Assembly (NCBI GenBank): GCA_016235155.1
Contig: JACRLW010000103.1
Coordinates: 8,066-72,065 of the forward strand
Length of the DNA: 64,000 nucleotides
Direction of reading: 5' to 3'
From: Planctomycetota bacterium
GTDB taxonomy: Bacteria; Planctomycetota; UBA1135; UBA2386
A program made the translations under genes and the position numbers. The stretch's first letter is position 1. Each line of letters starts with the position of its first letter. Below are positions 63,751 through 64,000 of this stretch, in pieces. Under the pieces are notes generated by a model. That model had not been told where the DNA came from. It did not search any database and was given only the letters and a program-made list of their open reading frames with translations.

Positions 63751-64000
63751 GGATTCGGGGGCTCGAGTCCTTCGCGGTCGGGGAACGGACCGCCGATGTC
63801 AGCGCGGGAAGGCTATCGGCTGACGGCGCGCGAGGAACGCTGTGGACCGTGCGGTGAGCGTCGATCTTCCCGGTGAGGGCCGCCGGTTTGCGCCTGCGAA
63901 GGGTCGCGGCTCCAATCCCGCCTTCCGACGCCGATCGCCGCATGTCCGAGATTCCGCTCAGCGCGCGCGCGCGCGCCATCACCGACTCGATCACGCTCGC

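Noticed and set aside
63796..64000. ORF 63512-63994 and the (GC)8 run near 63961-63976
   Set aside because: No recognisable product, it overlaps the 672-aa gene, and the window edge prevents assessment.

Overview
Very GC-rich, gene-dense bacterial DNA. ECF sigma/Ser-Thr kinase pairs, an ECF-transmembrane fusion and many secreted repeat proteins suggest an uncultured Planctomycetota lineage (inference). Housekeeping genes include prlC, metH with an ArsR-methyltransferase regulator, tRNA-Ala(CGC), tRNA-Leu(GAG), mrp, trxA, lipB, xseAB, an HU-like protein and a sigma-70. Accessory content includes a decayed defence island at 1.7-4.9 kb, a GH29 fucosidase, a heparinase-like lyase and an S8 protease. 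Best leads: (1) a hidden, probably exported thioredoxin-fold selenoprotein (29607-30611, minus strand) that the ORF track splits in two, with an in-frame UGA in a U-G-P-C motif followed by a perfect SECIS-like hairpin; (2) a conserved ~110-125 aa C-terminal domain on five unrelated secreted proteins, a candidate sorting or anchoring signal, often next to ECF modules; (3) a Vms1/ANKZF1-like (bVLRF1) gene inside a dsbD-vanZ-sugar kinase operon; (4) an Mrp lacking its CxxC, followed by a small CxxC protein and thioredoxin; (5) unusual fusions: four-alpha-domain DsbD, HARP-XseA, propeller-NikA, HTH-FlhG. All family calls come from motif recognition by eye; no database search was run.
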